Source: Welwitschia mirabilis
Taxonomy: Eukaryota
Assembly: GCA_051453625.1 (NCBI GenBank)
Contig: JBOZIK010000001.1
Span: 33,125,562-33,160,280, forward strand
Length of the DNA: 34,719 bases
Reading direction: 5' to 3'
Part shown: positions 12,582 through 23,991 of the stretch, one piece after another
Numbering within the stretch: position 1 is the stretch's first letter
Layout of the letters: each line of letters starts with the position of its first letter
Program-made: the position numbers and the translations under genes
Notes under the pieces: model-generated
What the model was told of the DNA's origin: nothing
Seen by the model: the letters and a program-made list of their open reading frames with translations, nothing else
The model's database searches: none

Positions 12582-14023
12582 TGTTGTGCTGCCAATTGGT
12601 GGTTATTTCATGAACTTTTATGAGTAGTTTTGTAGGATATTTATATGGGTTTAGATGTAATTATGATGATTTTGGAGATTTAATAGGAAATCTCATAAAT
12701 GTGTAATTATTATTTGATGTAAATGCACATTCTAATTCATAAAGCTTTGAAGGAGGATTATTGATAAAAATNNNNNNNNNNNNNNNNNNNNNNNNNNNNN
12801 NNNNNNNNNNNNNNNNNNNNNNNNNNNNNNNNNNNNNNNNNNNNNNNNNNNNNNNNNNNNNNNNNNNNNNNNNNNNNNNNNNNNNNNNNNNNNNNNNNNN
12901 NNNNNNNNNNNNNNNNNNNNNNNNNNNNNNNNNNNNNNNNNNNNNNNNNNNNNNNNNNNNNNNNNNNNNNNNNNNNNNNNNNNNNNNNNNNNNNNNNNNN
13001 NNNNNNNNNNNNNNNNNNNNNNNNNNNNNNNNNNNNNNNNNNNNNNNNNNNNNNNNNNNNNNNNNNNNNNNNNNNNNNNNNNNNNNNNNNNNNNNNNNNN
13101 NNNNNNNNNNNNNNNNNNNNNNNNNNNNNNNNNNNNNNNNNNNNNNNNNNNNNNNNNNNNNNNNNNNNNNNNNNNNNNTATTTTGTAACCCAAATACTTG
13201 TTACTCATTCTTAATATAAACTTTGTTTTATTTTCATGTTTGCATTGTAGATTTTTTGATAATCCTTATAGTCTATATTGCCCTTAATCTAGTGATACTT
13301 TCTTGAGTGATATAGATTATCAAGTGTAGCATTTGTTAAGGCTAAAAGTAAGTAGTGTTAGTTTTATTTTGTATTTTATCTAGATTAGTTACATCTTGTA
13401 TTTTGAATTGTAATTTATTTCCTTGTATTTATCCTTTATTTTTAGTTTCTATTATTATTTTTTAAAGTAATCTGAGTCTTGTCTTATAGTCTTAAATATA
13501 ATTATGACATTTTGAGTCTACTTCCACTCATACTAGTATGTTGTATTATGTAAGATATCTATTTNNNNNNNNNNNNNNNNNNNNNNNNNNNNNNNNNNNN
13601 NNNNNNNNNNNNNNNNNNNNNNNNNNNNNNNNNNNNNNNNNNNNNNNNNNNNNNNNNNNNNNNNTGTTTTATTTTCATGTTTTTATTATAGATTTTTTTT
13701 GATAATCCTTATAGTCTATATTGCCCTTGATCTAGTGATACTTTCTTGAGTGATATAGATTATCAAGTGCAGCCCTTGTTAAGGCTAAAAGTAAGTAGTG
13801 TTAGTTTTATTTTGTATTTTATCTAGATTAGTTGCATCTTGCATTTTGCACTGTAATTTATTTCCTTGTATTTATCCTTTATTTCTAGTTTCTATTATTC
13901 TTTTTTAAAGTAATCCAAGTCTTGTCTTATAGTCTTAAACATAAATATGACATTTTGAGTCTACTCCCACTCATAAAAGTATGTTGTATTGTGTAAGATA
14001 TCTATTTATTTTATGAATGATAG
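12582..14023 (+). repeat. 5' LTR of the Athila-like element (gapped; end and PBS expected in the 14024-14128 gap)
   Basis: 12582-12771 aligns with 30389-30586. 13179-13564 and 13665-14023 align with 31193-31584. Confidence 0.85.
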
Positions 14024-14458
14024 NNNNNNNNNNNNNNNNNNNNNNNNNNNNNNNNNNNNNNNNNNNNNNNNNNNNNNNNNNNNNNNNNNNNNNNNNNNNN
14101 NNNNNNNNNNNNNNNNNNNNNNNNNNNGAGTATATCATATTTGCATTTAGTTATTTATCTGTATCGATGTTGTATTTTTATTAAGAATCTTAGGTTTTAT
14201 TTGTAGTTTTTTAGTTTTGGTTTTTGTTTTTAGATCTCAATTTTTTATAATAAATTAATCTTTATTATCTTGTTGGTCATCTGGGTAACAAGATGGATGA
14301 CAACATTGTTTTTCTAAGTTTTTTGCTTTTTATTTTCCTTGTTATATTTCTGTTTTTTTAGTTTTTTTATGTGTGTCATCCCCTCTATTGTCCCTATGAC
14401 TGACAGGATTTCTATGTTATTTTTTATTTATTTTCTATTATTTTTTGTTTGTAGGAAC

Positions 14459-15543
14459 TATGGCATGATCAGTCTAGAAAAAGGCTTGTCAAAGAAAAAA
14501 GGGCTATTGATAAAAGAAAATATTAGAGAAGGACTGCTCGATTTCAATAAAGAATCAGGAACGCAAACTCTAAGCACGTACATTACTTTTTTTTGAGCTC
14601 ATTTATTTGTAAAATATTAAAACTTGATCATCACTAAGCACCTATATTCAAGTTAGATTCCCTTCTTCCTATTCTTCTCAAAAATAAATAGTGATACAAG
14701 GACCTGTTCAGAAAAAGTTTTTGAAAAGTGTAGAAAAGAACTTGAGGATAATAGTAAGAAAACACTTTGAGAGATTTTTGTAGAAAAAGGGTTAATGTAA
14801 TCAAATGATGTTTAGGATAGGGATTGGACTCATTCCTCTTTTCAACTATCATAGTATTCCCCCTTTTCTTTTTAACATTCATATAGAACTAATAATGAAA
14901 ATCTTAGGAATTGAATCTCATATAATCACTTTTACCCATCCCATCCATTTTTCATGAATTACTATAAAGAATAAATTGATTAAGAAAATAAATGATGTAT
15001 GAAATATGCAAAATCATAGAGAACACCAATAAAAGACTGAAAAAGTTGATTGAGATTCTTCAACAAAATCTTCTACAAAATCAAGGATCTCTTCTCATGC
15101 AAAATCCTCAAACCTATTCTTCTACATCTTACCTTGNNNNNNNNNNNNNNNNNNNNNNNNNNNNNNNNNNNNNNNNNNNNNNNNNNNNNNNNNNNNNNNN
15201 NNNNNNNNNNNNNNNNNNNNNNNNNNNNNNNNNNNNNNNNNNNNNNNNNNNNNNNNNNNNNNNNNNNNNNNNNNNNNNNNNNNNNNNNNNNNNNNNNNNN
15301 NNNNNNNNNNNNNNNNNNNNNNNNNNNNNNNNNNNNNNNNNNNNNNNNNNNNNNNNNNNNNNNNNNNNNNNNNNNNNNNNNNNNNNNNNNNNNNNNNNNN
15401 NNNNNNNNNNNNNNNNNNNNNNNNNNNNNNNNGATGAGAATAGTGAAGAAGAAGATGATGATGACATTGAAATCTTAGATCATATCCCAAACTTTCACAT
15501 ATTTTGTAAAGATGGAGGAGTTCTACCAATATTAGAGGATTAA
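14459..15543 (+). pseudogene. Possible decayed gag-like or other ORF remnant of the Athila-like element
   Basis: First coding-like stretch after the 5' LTR. GLLDFNKE and KTL*EIF/RDF loosely recall Athila gag N-termini, with coiled-coil-like and acidic segments. No diagnostic domain. Confidence 0.3.
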
Positions 15544-17450
15544 CTTTTGAGATTAATGGAGATGAGTATTAAAACAAAATTAATGGAAAGTGATCAACTC
15601 AACTCAACTCAAATGAGGATTATAGCTTAGAGTGAATGGAATTATTTAGGGAGGAAGAGAAATCAAACCAAAAAACATTAGAATATCTTTCATTAAATAA
15701 TGAAAACAATGAGAACTTTCCTTTCTATAATATTTCTAATGATCTTTTTGAGGAATCCACTAACTTAGGAAAAAATAATGATCATCAACAAAATGAAAAC
15801 GAGCAGTAAAATTCAATAAATTATAAAGAAGAGGAAGATATAATCAAAGAATAAATTATTCAAACAAGTAATTCTCTAAATTACATTCTTGTCCTTAAAA
15901 GTAATTAACCACATCATCTTAAATATTTGAGTTCAAAAATCTCCCAACCTCTTCATTTAAAAATCTGATATGCAAAAAGTAACATCTTTTCCTCATTTTT
16001 AAAATCAACTGNNNNNNNNNNNNNNNNNNNNNNNNNNNNNNNNNNNNNNNNNNNNNNNNNNNNNNNNNNNNNNNNNNNNNNNNNNNNNNNNNNNNNNNNN
16101 NNNNNNNNNNNNNNNNNNNNNNNNNNNNNNNNNNNNNNNNNNNNNNNNAAACCTATTTTAATCTTTTACCCTAAGAAGTTTATTACAAATACTTGGAACT
16201 TAAATCATGCTTCCCATGTTTAATATCAAGCTCTAAATGCAATTTATGTTTCAAATTCTTCATATTATGAGTTTTACAAAAGATTGTTTTTCCATGAGTT
16301 GTATAAATTTTTTGTTTTTTACACTAATTCTTGTGTAAAAAAATTATCATGCACTTATGCAAATTGAATAAGACCTTATTTTCCTCTTAAAAATCCATGT
16401 CTTAAATAAAATGATAGAAAACATTTTAAAGATCCTTCAAAACTACTCAAAAACTTTCTTTGAGTTCCTTCTCACATTTCTTTTCCAATGATGCTCAACA
16501 TTCATAAAGATTTTATAAGATATTATTTTTTAATGATACTTATCATTTCTTCATCTCTTATTGGANNNNNNNNNNNNNNNNNNNNNNNNNNNNNNNNNNN
16601 NNNNNNNNNNNNNNNNNNNNNNNNNNNNNNNNNNNNNNNNNNNNNNNNNNNNNNNNNNNNNNNNNNNNNNNNNNNNNNNNNNNNNNNNNNNNNNNNNNNN
16701 NNNNNNNNNNNNNNNNNNNNNNNNNNNNNNNNNNNNNNNNNNNNNNNNNNNAAATAAAAGTGTGAGTTAGATTTTAGGATTTGAATAAAGTTTGGTTACC
16801 TTAATTTTTTCTTTTGACTTTCATGATATTTTGATTTTGATTTTCAACTTTTTATTTTGATAATCTTTGTTTTAATCTTCTATTTTTAGTTTTTATTTCT
16901 ATTTATAGTCTATGTTTTCTATTTTTCCAATCATACTATGTCATCTCCTCTATCATCTGGATGATGAGATGGATGAAAGTCTCTATTTATATTTTTTTTA
17001 ATGANNNNNNNNNNNNNNNNNNNNNNNNNNNNNNNNNNNNNNNNNNNNNNNNNNNNAACAATGTGTAGGATGGTAGTTAATAAACAAATGGTTCTTGTTT
17101 TCTATTATTTTGAGAACATACAGTTTTATGGCTTTATTGAGATTTTTTACTTAATTTCTTGAGAATTTTAAGAAGTTAATAGTCAAAAATTTAGACTTAA
17201 TTAAGAAAACCATCTAAATTTTCTCGTAGATTTTTTCTTTGGATGTCATTATGGCATTACTTGATCATTTTTTAAACATGATTTATGTATTTATTTCTAT
17301 GACTAGTCTTTTGACTTAGGCATTTTAGTGGTAAGATTAGATGCACCTAATCTTAAGACATGAGTAAGTTTATAAATTTCAGTTTAAAGAAAGATGCTTT
17401 ATTTTTTATTTTTCTCAATGGTAAAAAGATCTTAGATTATTTAAGAGTGT

Positions 17451-17504
17451 TCTTTTCTGTCTTAATCTTACAACTTTTCTTTTCTGTCTTAATCTTACAA
17501 CTTT
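17451..17504. repeat. Perfect 27-bp tandem duplication
   Basis: TCTTTTCTGTCTTAATCTTACAACTTT occurs twice in tandem. Confidence 0.9.
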
Positions 17505-19071
17505 TACTTTTGTTTTTTGGAGTATTTGGTCATGTGGAATGTTATTATGTTTGAAGGAGAAAAATGAGGGAAAAAAAAGAGGTGAAATAAGGTCATGATG
17601 TGTTACTTATAATATTTCAAAAACATGGTCACCATGATGTCCTATCATAAGTACACTGGGGCAAATATTTCTAAGAGAAGCCTTTGATAGTGTAATATGG
17701 TAGCTATGAGAACTCCACTAGAAGGTTATTTGGCCATGCTTCATGGCTCTTTACTTCTCTAATGGTAGTTGCACTCCCCTCATCATGGATAATAAAAGTT
17801 GTAATAAACTAGGAGGCTATAGAACCAATATTATCCCTAATACCATCAGAGATATTTCTTGTTTCGTAAACTCTTAGTCTTTTCAAATGGTTATTTTATT
17901 TCTTGATATTTGAGTGTTTGTTTTGAGATGATGATAGGTGAGTTTATTTTTAAGTAATTTTTAAGTCTGATCATTCATTATTTAAAGCATTTTCTTTTTA
18001 GTATTGTCATAGCCACTACCTTATTAAATGAAATTTTTATACATTAAGTCTTGCATTTTCCAAATCAAGTAATGTTANNNNNNNNNNNNNNNNNNNNNNN
18101 NNNNNNNNNNNNNNNNNNNNNNNNNNNNNNNNNNNNNNNNNNNNNNNNNNNNNNNNNNNNNNNNNNNNNNNNNNNNNNNNNNNNNNNNNNNNNNNNNNNN
18201 NNNNNNNNNNNNNNNNNNNNNNNNNNNNNNNNNNNNNNNNNNNNNNNNNNNNNNNNNNNNNNNNNNNNNNNNNNNNNNNNNNNNNNNNNNNNNNNNNNNN
18301 NNNNNNNNNNNNNNNNNNNNNNNNNNNNNNNNNNNNNNNNNNNNNNNNNNNNNNNNNNNNNNNNNNNNNNNNNNNNNNNNNGTCATTCATTGTTTAAAGC
18401 ATTTTCTTTTTAGCATCGTTATAGCCACTACCTTATCAAATGGAATTTTTGTACATTAAGTCTTGCATTTTCCAAATCAAATAACGTTATAATTTATTTT
18501 ATGGGAGTCTTTTAGATTAAAATATTAGATTAGTAAGCTATCTTTTATTTCTATTACCTTATGTCCATTGTTTTTATCTTCTTTTGTGGTTTGGTTAGTT
18601 ATTTCAAAGTCATTACTGTGTTTTCTTACCATACTAGGACTTTAACATTTTAATGATTTCCTTATTTAATTTTTACTAAATGTTNNNNNNNNNNNNNNGA
18701 TGAGTTTTCTTAATAAATTTTTTCATGTCTATTTTTAGATTTTTGGTTTTAAAAGTGATGCTTAATAGGATCGAGAACCCTAGAGGGGGTGTGAATAGGT
18801 TCTTTCAAAACTTAATAATTAATATGAAATAAAACTATTTGAAATACAACTTGCATATGAAAATAAATCAAACTAGGATATGCACAAAATAGTAAGATAC
18901 TAAAAGTAAAGAATCAAAAATAAAAAGTGCAAACAACCAATTTTATGCAAGCTAGATTTATAGTGATTCAGGAACTCCCCTACTCCACTCTCAACTNNNN
19001 NNNNNNNNNNNNNNNNNNNNNNNNNNNNNNNNNNNNNNNNNNNNATTCCAGGTTCACCTGTAATCTTTACA

Positions 19072-19207
19072 AATGGACTTTTCTAGGCTAAGTCTCAACC
19101 TTTACAATAGACTTTTCTAGGCTAAATTTTAATCTATAGCATGGACTTTTTAAGGCTTAGTCTCAACCTATAGCACAGACTTTTTAAGGCTTACTCTCAA
19201 CCTATAC
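19072..19207. repeat. ~34-bp tandem repeat x4 inside the LTR (also at 28122-28207)
   Basis: Unit approximately ATGGACTTTTTAAGGCTTAGTCTCAACCTATAGC. Confidence 0.85.
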
Positions 19208-19494
19208 AAAACAATAGTAGTGATGTAGTGATGTCTCAATAACACAAATATCACTTGTTCTGAAATCAATATAATATATGGAGCTCTCCTCCTATAGTAG
19301 TATATCATTGTAACTCTAGATCTAACTTTGAATGCAGTACATGTGCTAATAGTAGATATCCTTTAGTCAAATGTATAGAAACTAAGATACAACAGTGATA
19401 ACAATATTAATACACAGCTTGATCTCTTAGATCCAAACTGATTTAGCCAAATGACAATGGTTTCAAAAGATTTCTTGATCATCTATAGCTTAGC

Positions 19495-19522
19495 TATTTA
19501 TAATGGAAGGCTATTAGGGTTT
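19495..19522 (-). promoter_or_regulatory. LTR core promoter: telo-box-like AAACCCTAA followed by TATAAATA
   Basis: Minus strand reads AAACCCTAATAGCCTTCCATTATAAATAGC. The TATA is conserved in the LTR copies at ~20260 and ~28495; the telo-box is mutated in those copies. Confidence 0.65.
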
Positions 19523-19627
19523 AGTACATTTGAATTGTGCTTTAAATGCCTATAAACAGCTAGAAAATGATTATCTAATGGCTAGATAATGGATACATAA
19601 CATTTAGAAAAATTTCTTTTTTTTGCC

Positions 19628-19952
19628 ATCTAGTTGAATCCACAAAAGTCTGGTTAACCTTATGTGGTGTCATGAATTACACAAGTTATTTGAGAGAGAA
19701 ATTTGGTCACCTCACATTTTTATGTCTCCATGTCTAGTCGACCCCATTTGAGTCCAGTCAACCCTAGTCTGGTTGACTCCATCTTGGATCTAATTGATCC
19801 CTTATTGCTCGGTCTGGAAATACTGTCTATCAGGTCCTTAAATCTGGTTAACCTCATGAAAATCTAGTCGACCCCTTAACATTTGGTTTAGTAACACTGA
19901 TTCTTTAAGTTATAGGTCCAGTTAACCCCATCAAAATCTGGTTGACCCCTCT
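19628..19952. repeat. Array of palindromic-core motifs (CYRGTCGACCCC and deaminated variants) in LTR U3
   Basis: About 10 or more copies such as ctagtcgacccc, ccagtcaaccct, ctggttgactcc, ctggttaacctc. The same array occurs at 20394-20784, 28630-29020 and 29409-29797. Confidence 0.85.
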
Positions 19953-21294
19953 GAATTTAGTTTATTTNNNNNNNNNNNNNNNNNNNNNNNNNNNNNNNNN
20001 NNNNNNNNNNNNNNNNNNNNNNNNNNNNNNNNNNNNNNNNNNNNNNNNNNNNNNNNNNNNNNNNNNNCATCAATGTAACTCTAGATCTAACTTTGAATGC
20101 AATACATGTGTTAATAGTAGATCTCCTTTAGTCAAATGTGTAGAAACCAAGATACAACAGTGATAACAATATTAATACATAGCTTGATCTCTTAGATCCA
20201 AAATTATTTAACCAAATGACAATGGTTTCAAAAGATTTCTTGGTCATCTATAGCTTAGCTATTTATAATGGAAGGCTATTAAGGTTTAATACATTTGAAT
20301 TACATCTTAAATGGCTATAAATAGCTAGAAAATGTCTACCGAATGGCTAAATAATGAATACATAATGTTTAGAAAAATTTATATTTTGTACCATCCAGTC
20401 AACTCCACAAACATCTAGTTAACCCTATGTAGTGTCGTGAATTACACAGGTCATTTGAGAGAGAAATTTGGCTGCCCCACGTTTTTATGTCTCCATGTCT
20501 ATTTGACCCCATTTAAGTCCATTCAACCCTAATCTGATCAACCCCATCTTGGATCTAATTGATCCCTTATCTCTCAGTCTGGAAATACTGTCTATCAAGC
20601 CCTCAAATCTGGTTGATCTCATGAAAATCCAGTCGACCCCTTAACATTTGATTTAGTAACGTTGATTCTTCAAGTTATAGATCCAATTAACCCCATCAGA
20701 ATCTGGTCGACCCCTCTGAATTTATTTTATTTTCCTTTGATAGCTTTAGTTATGGTCGATCTCTTTAGGATTTGATCGACCCCTCTAGAGGGTGAATCAA
20801 CTAAACAGGTTTCAGGTGCATATTTTAGTTCTATCTTTCAACCTGCAAAAACTCAAACTCTTCTATACAACATATACAACATTTGCTATACAAGAGATAT
20901 TAGTTTGACATCAATTGGTAAAATATAATCCAACACTTACTCTAACTTAATATCTTGGATCTTTAGTATTAAAGGCTCATGTTAAACCACTCTAAAATAC
21001 TTTAAGGAATCAAGGGTGAATTGTAAGCATGTATCTTCCTCACATATGATCTGTCACCTTTTTTATGGTATATTGAGATAAAGNNNNNNNNNNNNNNNNN
21101 NNNNNNNNNNNNNNNNNNNNNNNNNNNNNNNNNNNNNNNNNNNNNNNNNNNNNNNNNNNNNNNNNNNNNNNNNNNNNNNNNNNTAGTTCTATCTTTCAAC
21201 CTGCAAAAACTCAAACTCTTCTATACAACATATACAACATTTGCTATATAAGAGATATTAGTTTAAAATTAATTAGCAAAATATAATCCTAACA

Positions 21295-22190
21295 ATCTCC
21301 CCCTTTGATATTGATGGTAAACAAATAAGTGATTTTAAGATTAAATAAATTTAAGTTCTTTCACTAAATAAATTTAAAGCATATTATCATAATAAGAACT
21401 CCCCCTTTCATATAGCCATATAAGCAACATTAAGAAANNNNNNNNNNNNNNNNNNNNNNNNNNNNNNNNNNNNNNNNNNNNNNNNNNNNNNNNNNNNNNN
21501 NNNNNNNNNNNNNNNNNNNNNNNNNNNNNNNNNNNNNATATTATCATAATAAGAACTCCCCCTTTCATATAGCCATATAAGCAACATTAAGAAAATGGTA
21601 TATATATATATATAAAATATTTCTTAAACAAACCATTTTAAGTTAATGCATATGATTGAAAACACTACATTTTTTTACCCCTTTGACATTAATGGCAAAG
21701 AATTATAAACCTTAAATATGTGTCCAGAAATATCAAATTTTCTCCCCCTAACATTATGCTATAGTAATAATCTAAGTTTGAGACAAGATAAGGTATTTTC
21801 AACAAATAATATTTTATGTTATTAAATATAACCAAATTAACTATGCATAATTTTGGAATTAAAAAAACATAATGACAGTCATAATGTGATTAATGTTACT
21901 TATTTAATTAAATAACACATACTTTTATTTCATTTTAAAATGGTATAATCAATTTTAAGATTTCTAAATTAGATATACCAAATAATGTGAAATGTTAAAC
22001 ATCACATTACCAAATGAGATAAACCAAATGATACACAGATTGTGCTAAAATAGATAATTAAGTTTTATTATAAATAAAACATTACAAGTCTAATATGTAA
22101 GAATTACAAAGACAATAAGTGCTTATTGAGAGTATACAACTATAATTTAACAAATAAGAACAACTAAATCTTCCCTTATTGACACCAAAA
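21295..22190 (-). promoter_or_regulatory. Terminal PPT plus multiple upstream PPT copies (Sirevirus multiple-PPT signature)
   Basis: Plus-strand atctccccctttg (21295), actccccctttc (21398; repeated after the gap at 21555), tacccctttgac (21676), tctcccccta (21741), ttcccttattgac (22171). Confidence 0.85.
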
Positions 22191-22238
22191 AAAAAAAAGA
22201 GAAACACCAAACATAATATGAAAAAGATTTTAATCAGA

Positions 22239-23570
22239 TTACTCTTCTTCTGCTTCTTTCTCCTCTTTAGAGTCTTTCTCTTTTTCTTCCTCATCTCCTC
22301 CAGTGCGAGCTAAACTGATAGCCTCTGCTAAGGCATCCACGATGTCATATATAGCTATAATGAGGGCTTCTTTCATGTGTCTGGTGCGGGAGTCAATCCA
22401 TCTCATATATGAAAGAGTCTCATCAGAATATGCTTCCTTTGAAGTGGTAGTAGGAGATTTCTTTGAGGAGGCAAACATATGCATGCGAGACAAGGTCGCA
22501 TGCTTAATGGATAACATCGGCTGAAGGGTTTCAAACTTAGAATGAAATTTAACATAAAAATGGTGATAAATACTGGTGATAAGCACAGAGTAAGGTAAAT
22601 CCCTAGTTCTGTGATACTCCAGCTGCAAGGCCATATTCTTCAGTATTATGATAAGAGCATCAATGGAATAATCAGTTCTTACCAAATACATCAAATGGGC
22701 TCAATAGTAGGAGGCATTATCATGATGGCCAACTAAAGAAAGAAAGTTATAAGTGAAAACTAAATGAAGGAAATGATATTTAGGAGTCAACAAAGAGGTG
22801 AATAAAGTGTGTTTNNNNNNNNNNNNNNNNNNNNNNNNNNNNNNNNNNNNNNNNNNNNNNNNNNNNNNNNNNNNNNNNNNNNNNNNNNNNNNNNNNNNNN
22901 NNNNNNNNNNNNNNTCTAGCTGCAAGGCCATATTCTTCAGTATTATGGCATAAGCATCAATGGAATGATTAGTTCTTACCAAATACATCAAATGGGCTCA
23001 ATAGTAGGAGGCCTTATCATGATGGCTAGCTAAATAAAGAAAGTTATAAGTGAAAACTAAATGAATGAAATGATATTTAGGAGTTAACAATGAGGTAGAC
23101 AAAGTGTGTTTCCAAGAGTGTACCCTATTATAAAGCTCCCTGATAATTGCAGGCTTGTCTTCCATGGTATCTCTNNNNNNNNNNAACTCCTCATAGTCTC
23201 CTCTTAGAAGATCAATTAGCTCGAAGATAAGATCTGTTGTTACTCTCATCCTCTTACCCAAAACAAGGTTTTTAAAAGTCCTAGAACCATGATCAAAAGA
23301 AGCATTACAATAAAACATCGTAGTAAGAAAAGGATAAGTTAGATCTGAAACATCTAATAAATGGTCTAGATCTTGATCTCTCAAGATATGGATGACTTCC
23401 CTGAGTTCTCTGAGCTCTAATGTAGCTATAGACTACTCCTGGCACATAGCTTTGTTCTTAAACTTATTAGAAAACTTGTTAGTATCTTCTTCTGATATTA
23501 CCTGGTATAAGTAGGATGGTTCCCTTAAAGGAGCTTCCATTCCTCTTCTTCTGGAAGAATTTTCAACCAT
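22239..23570 (-). pseudogene. Env-like extra ORF of the Sirevirus (putative plant transposon protein / Transposase_32-like), ~345 codons after collapsing the gap duplicate
   Basis: An ATG at 23570 (MVENSSRRRG..) is in frame with track ORF 22998-23384 through one TAG at 23433-23435. The frame continues past YY*AHLMYLV into ORF 22239-22694. Motifs YPFLTTMFYCN, HH..SYY*AHLMY and LPYSVLITSI, plus an acidic C-terminus. Family assignment is from motif recall. Confidence 0.75.
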
Positions 23571-23691
23571 TCTATGATCCTTACTAGTAAAAGAACTGAG
23601 AAAAATACTGGATCTGAAGTAAGAACTCTAGATCTTGAAAGAAAAATACTAGATCTGAGAGCTATAGAAGGCTAGAATACAAGAAAATTAA

Positions 23692-23905
23692 GTTAGGTTT
23701 ATATCTCTTTTATAGATTGAAGGAAATAGAGAAAATTTGAAAAATAAATTGGGTCCATTGACTGTACTTCTATACTATAATCCATCAGGTTTGGTCGACT
23801 GATCAAAACTCCAGTCGATCCATTGAGATGTGGGTCTACAGTACTAGAAAGGATCTTGGCGACTTGGCTCTCAGGCTGGTCAACTAACTACGTCCAATTG
23901 ACTGA
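23692..23905 (-). promoter_or_regulatory. Putative internal promoter upstream of the extra ORF
   Basis: Cluster of GTCGAC-type motifs at 23755-23905, then TATAAAA at 23714-23708, about 140 bp before the ATG. Confidence 0.5.
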
Positions 23906-23991
23906 ATCATGGATCTGATCACTATAATCAACTAATGGATGGTAACTCAACCCTCAAATTAATTTCGTGATCATCAGATTGATTATAGATA

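Larger units (their letters stand above)
18763..21294 (-). repeat. 3' LTR region, assembled as three overlapping pieces (18763-19967, 20068-20935, 21184-21294)
   Basis: The pieces align with each other and with 28122-29949. The LTR start (..ATCCTAACA) at 21294 abuts the PPT. Confidence 0.85.

Noticed and set aside
12732-18413. Long ORFs such as 12732-13208, 15050-15478, 16488-16757 and 18037-18413 (also 26167-26652, 27659-28153)
   Set aside because: They are open only because they run through N gaps.
1-18996. 1-256 and 18763-18996 as terminal inverted repeats of one large DNA transposon
   Set aside because: Both are the U5 end of the same LTR family in opposite orientations, and the second belongs to an element with its own TSD.
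19072-19207. ~34-bp repeats as a CRISPR array
   Set aside because: Head-to-tail units without spacers, located inside an LTR and repeated in the other LTR.
22303-22524. Plus-strand ORF (similarly 2128-2427, 12070-12330, 26921-27124)
   Set aside because: Antisense shadows of TE coding remnants with no independent motifs.
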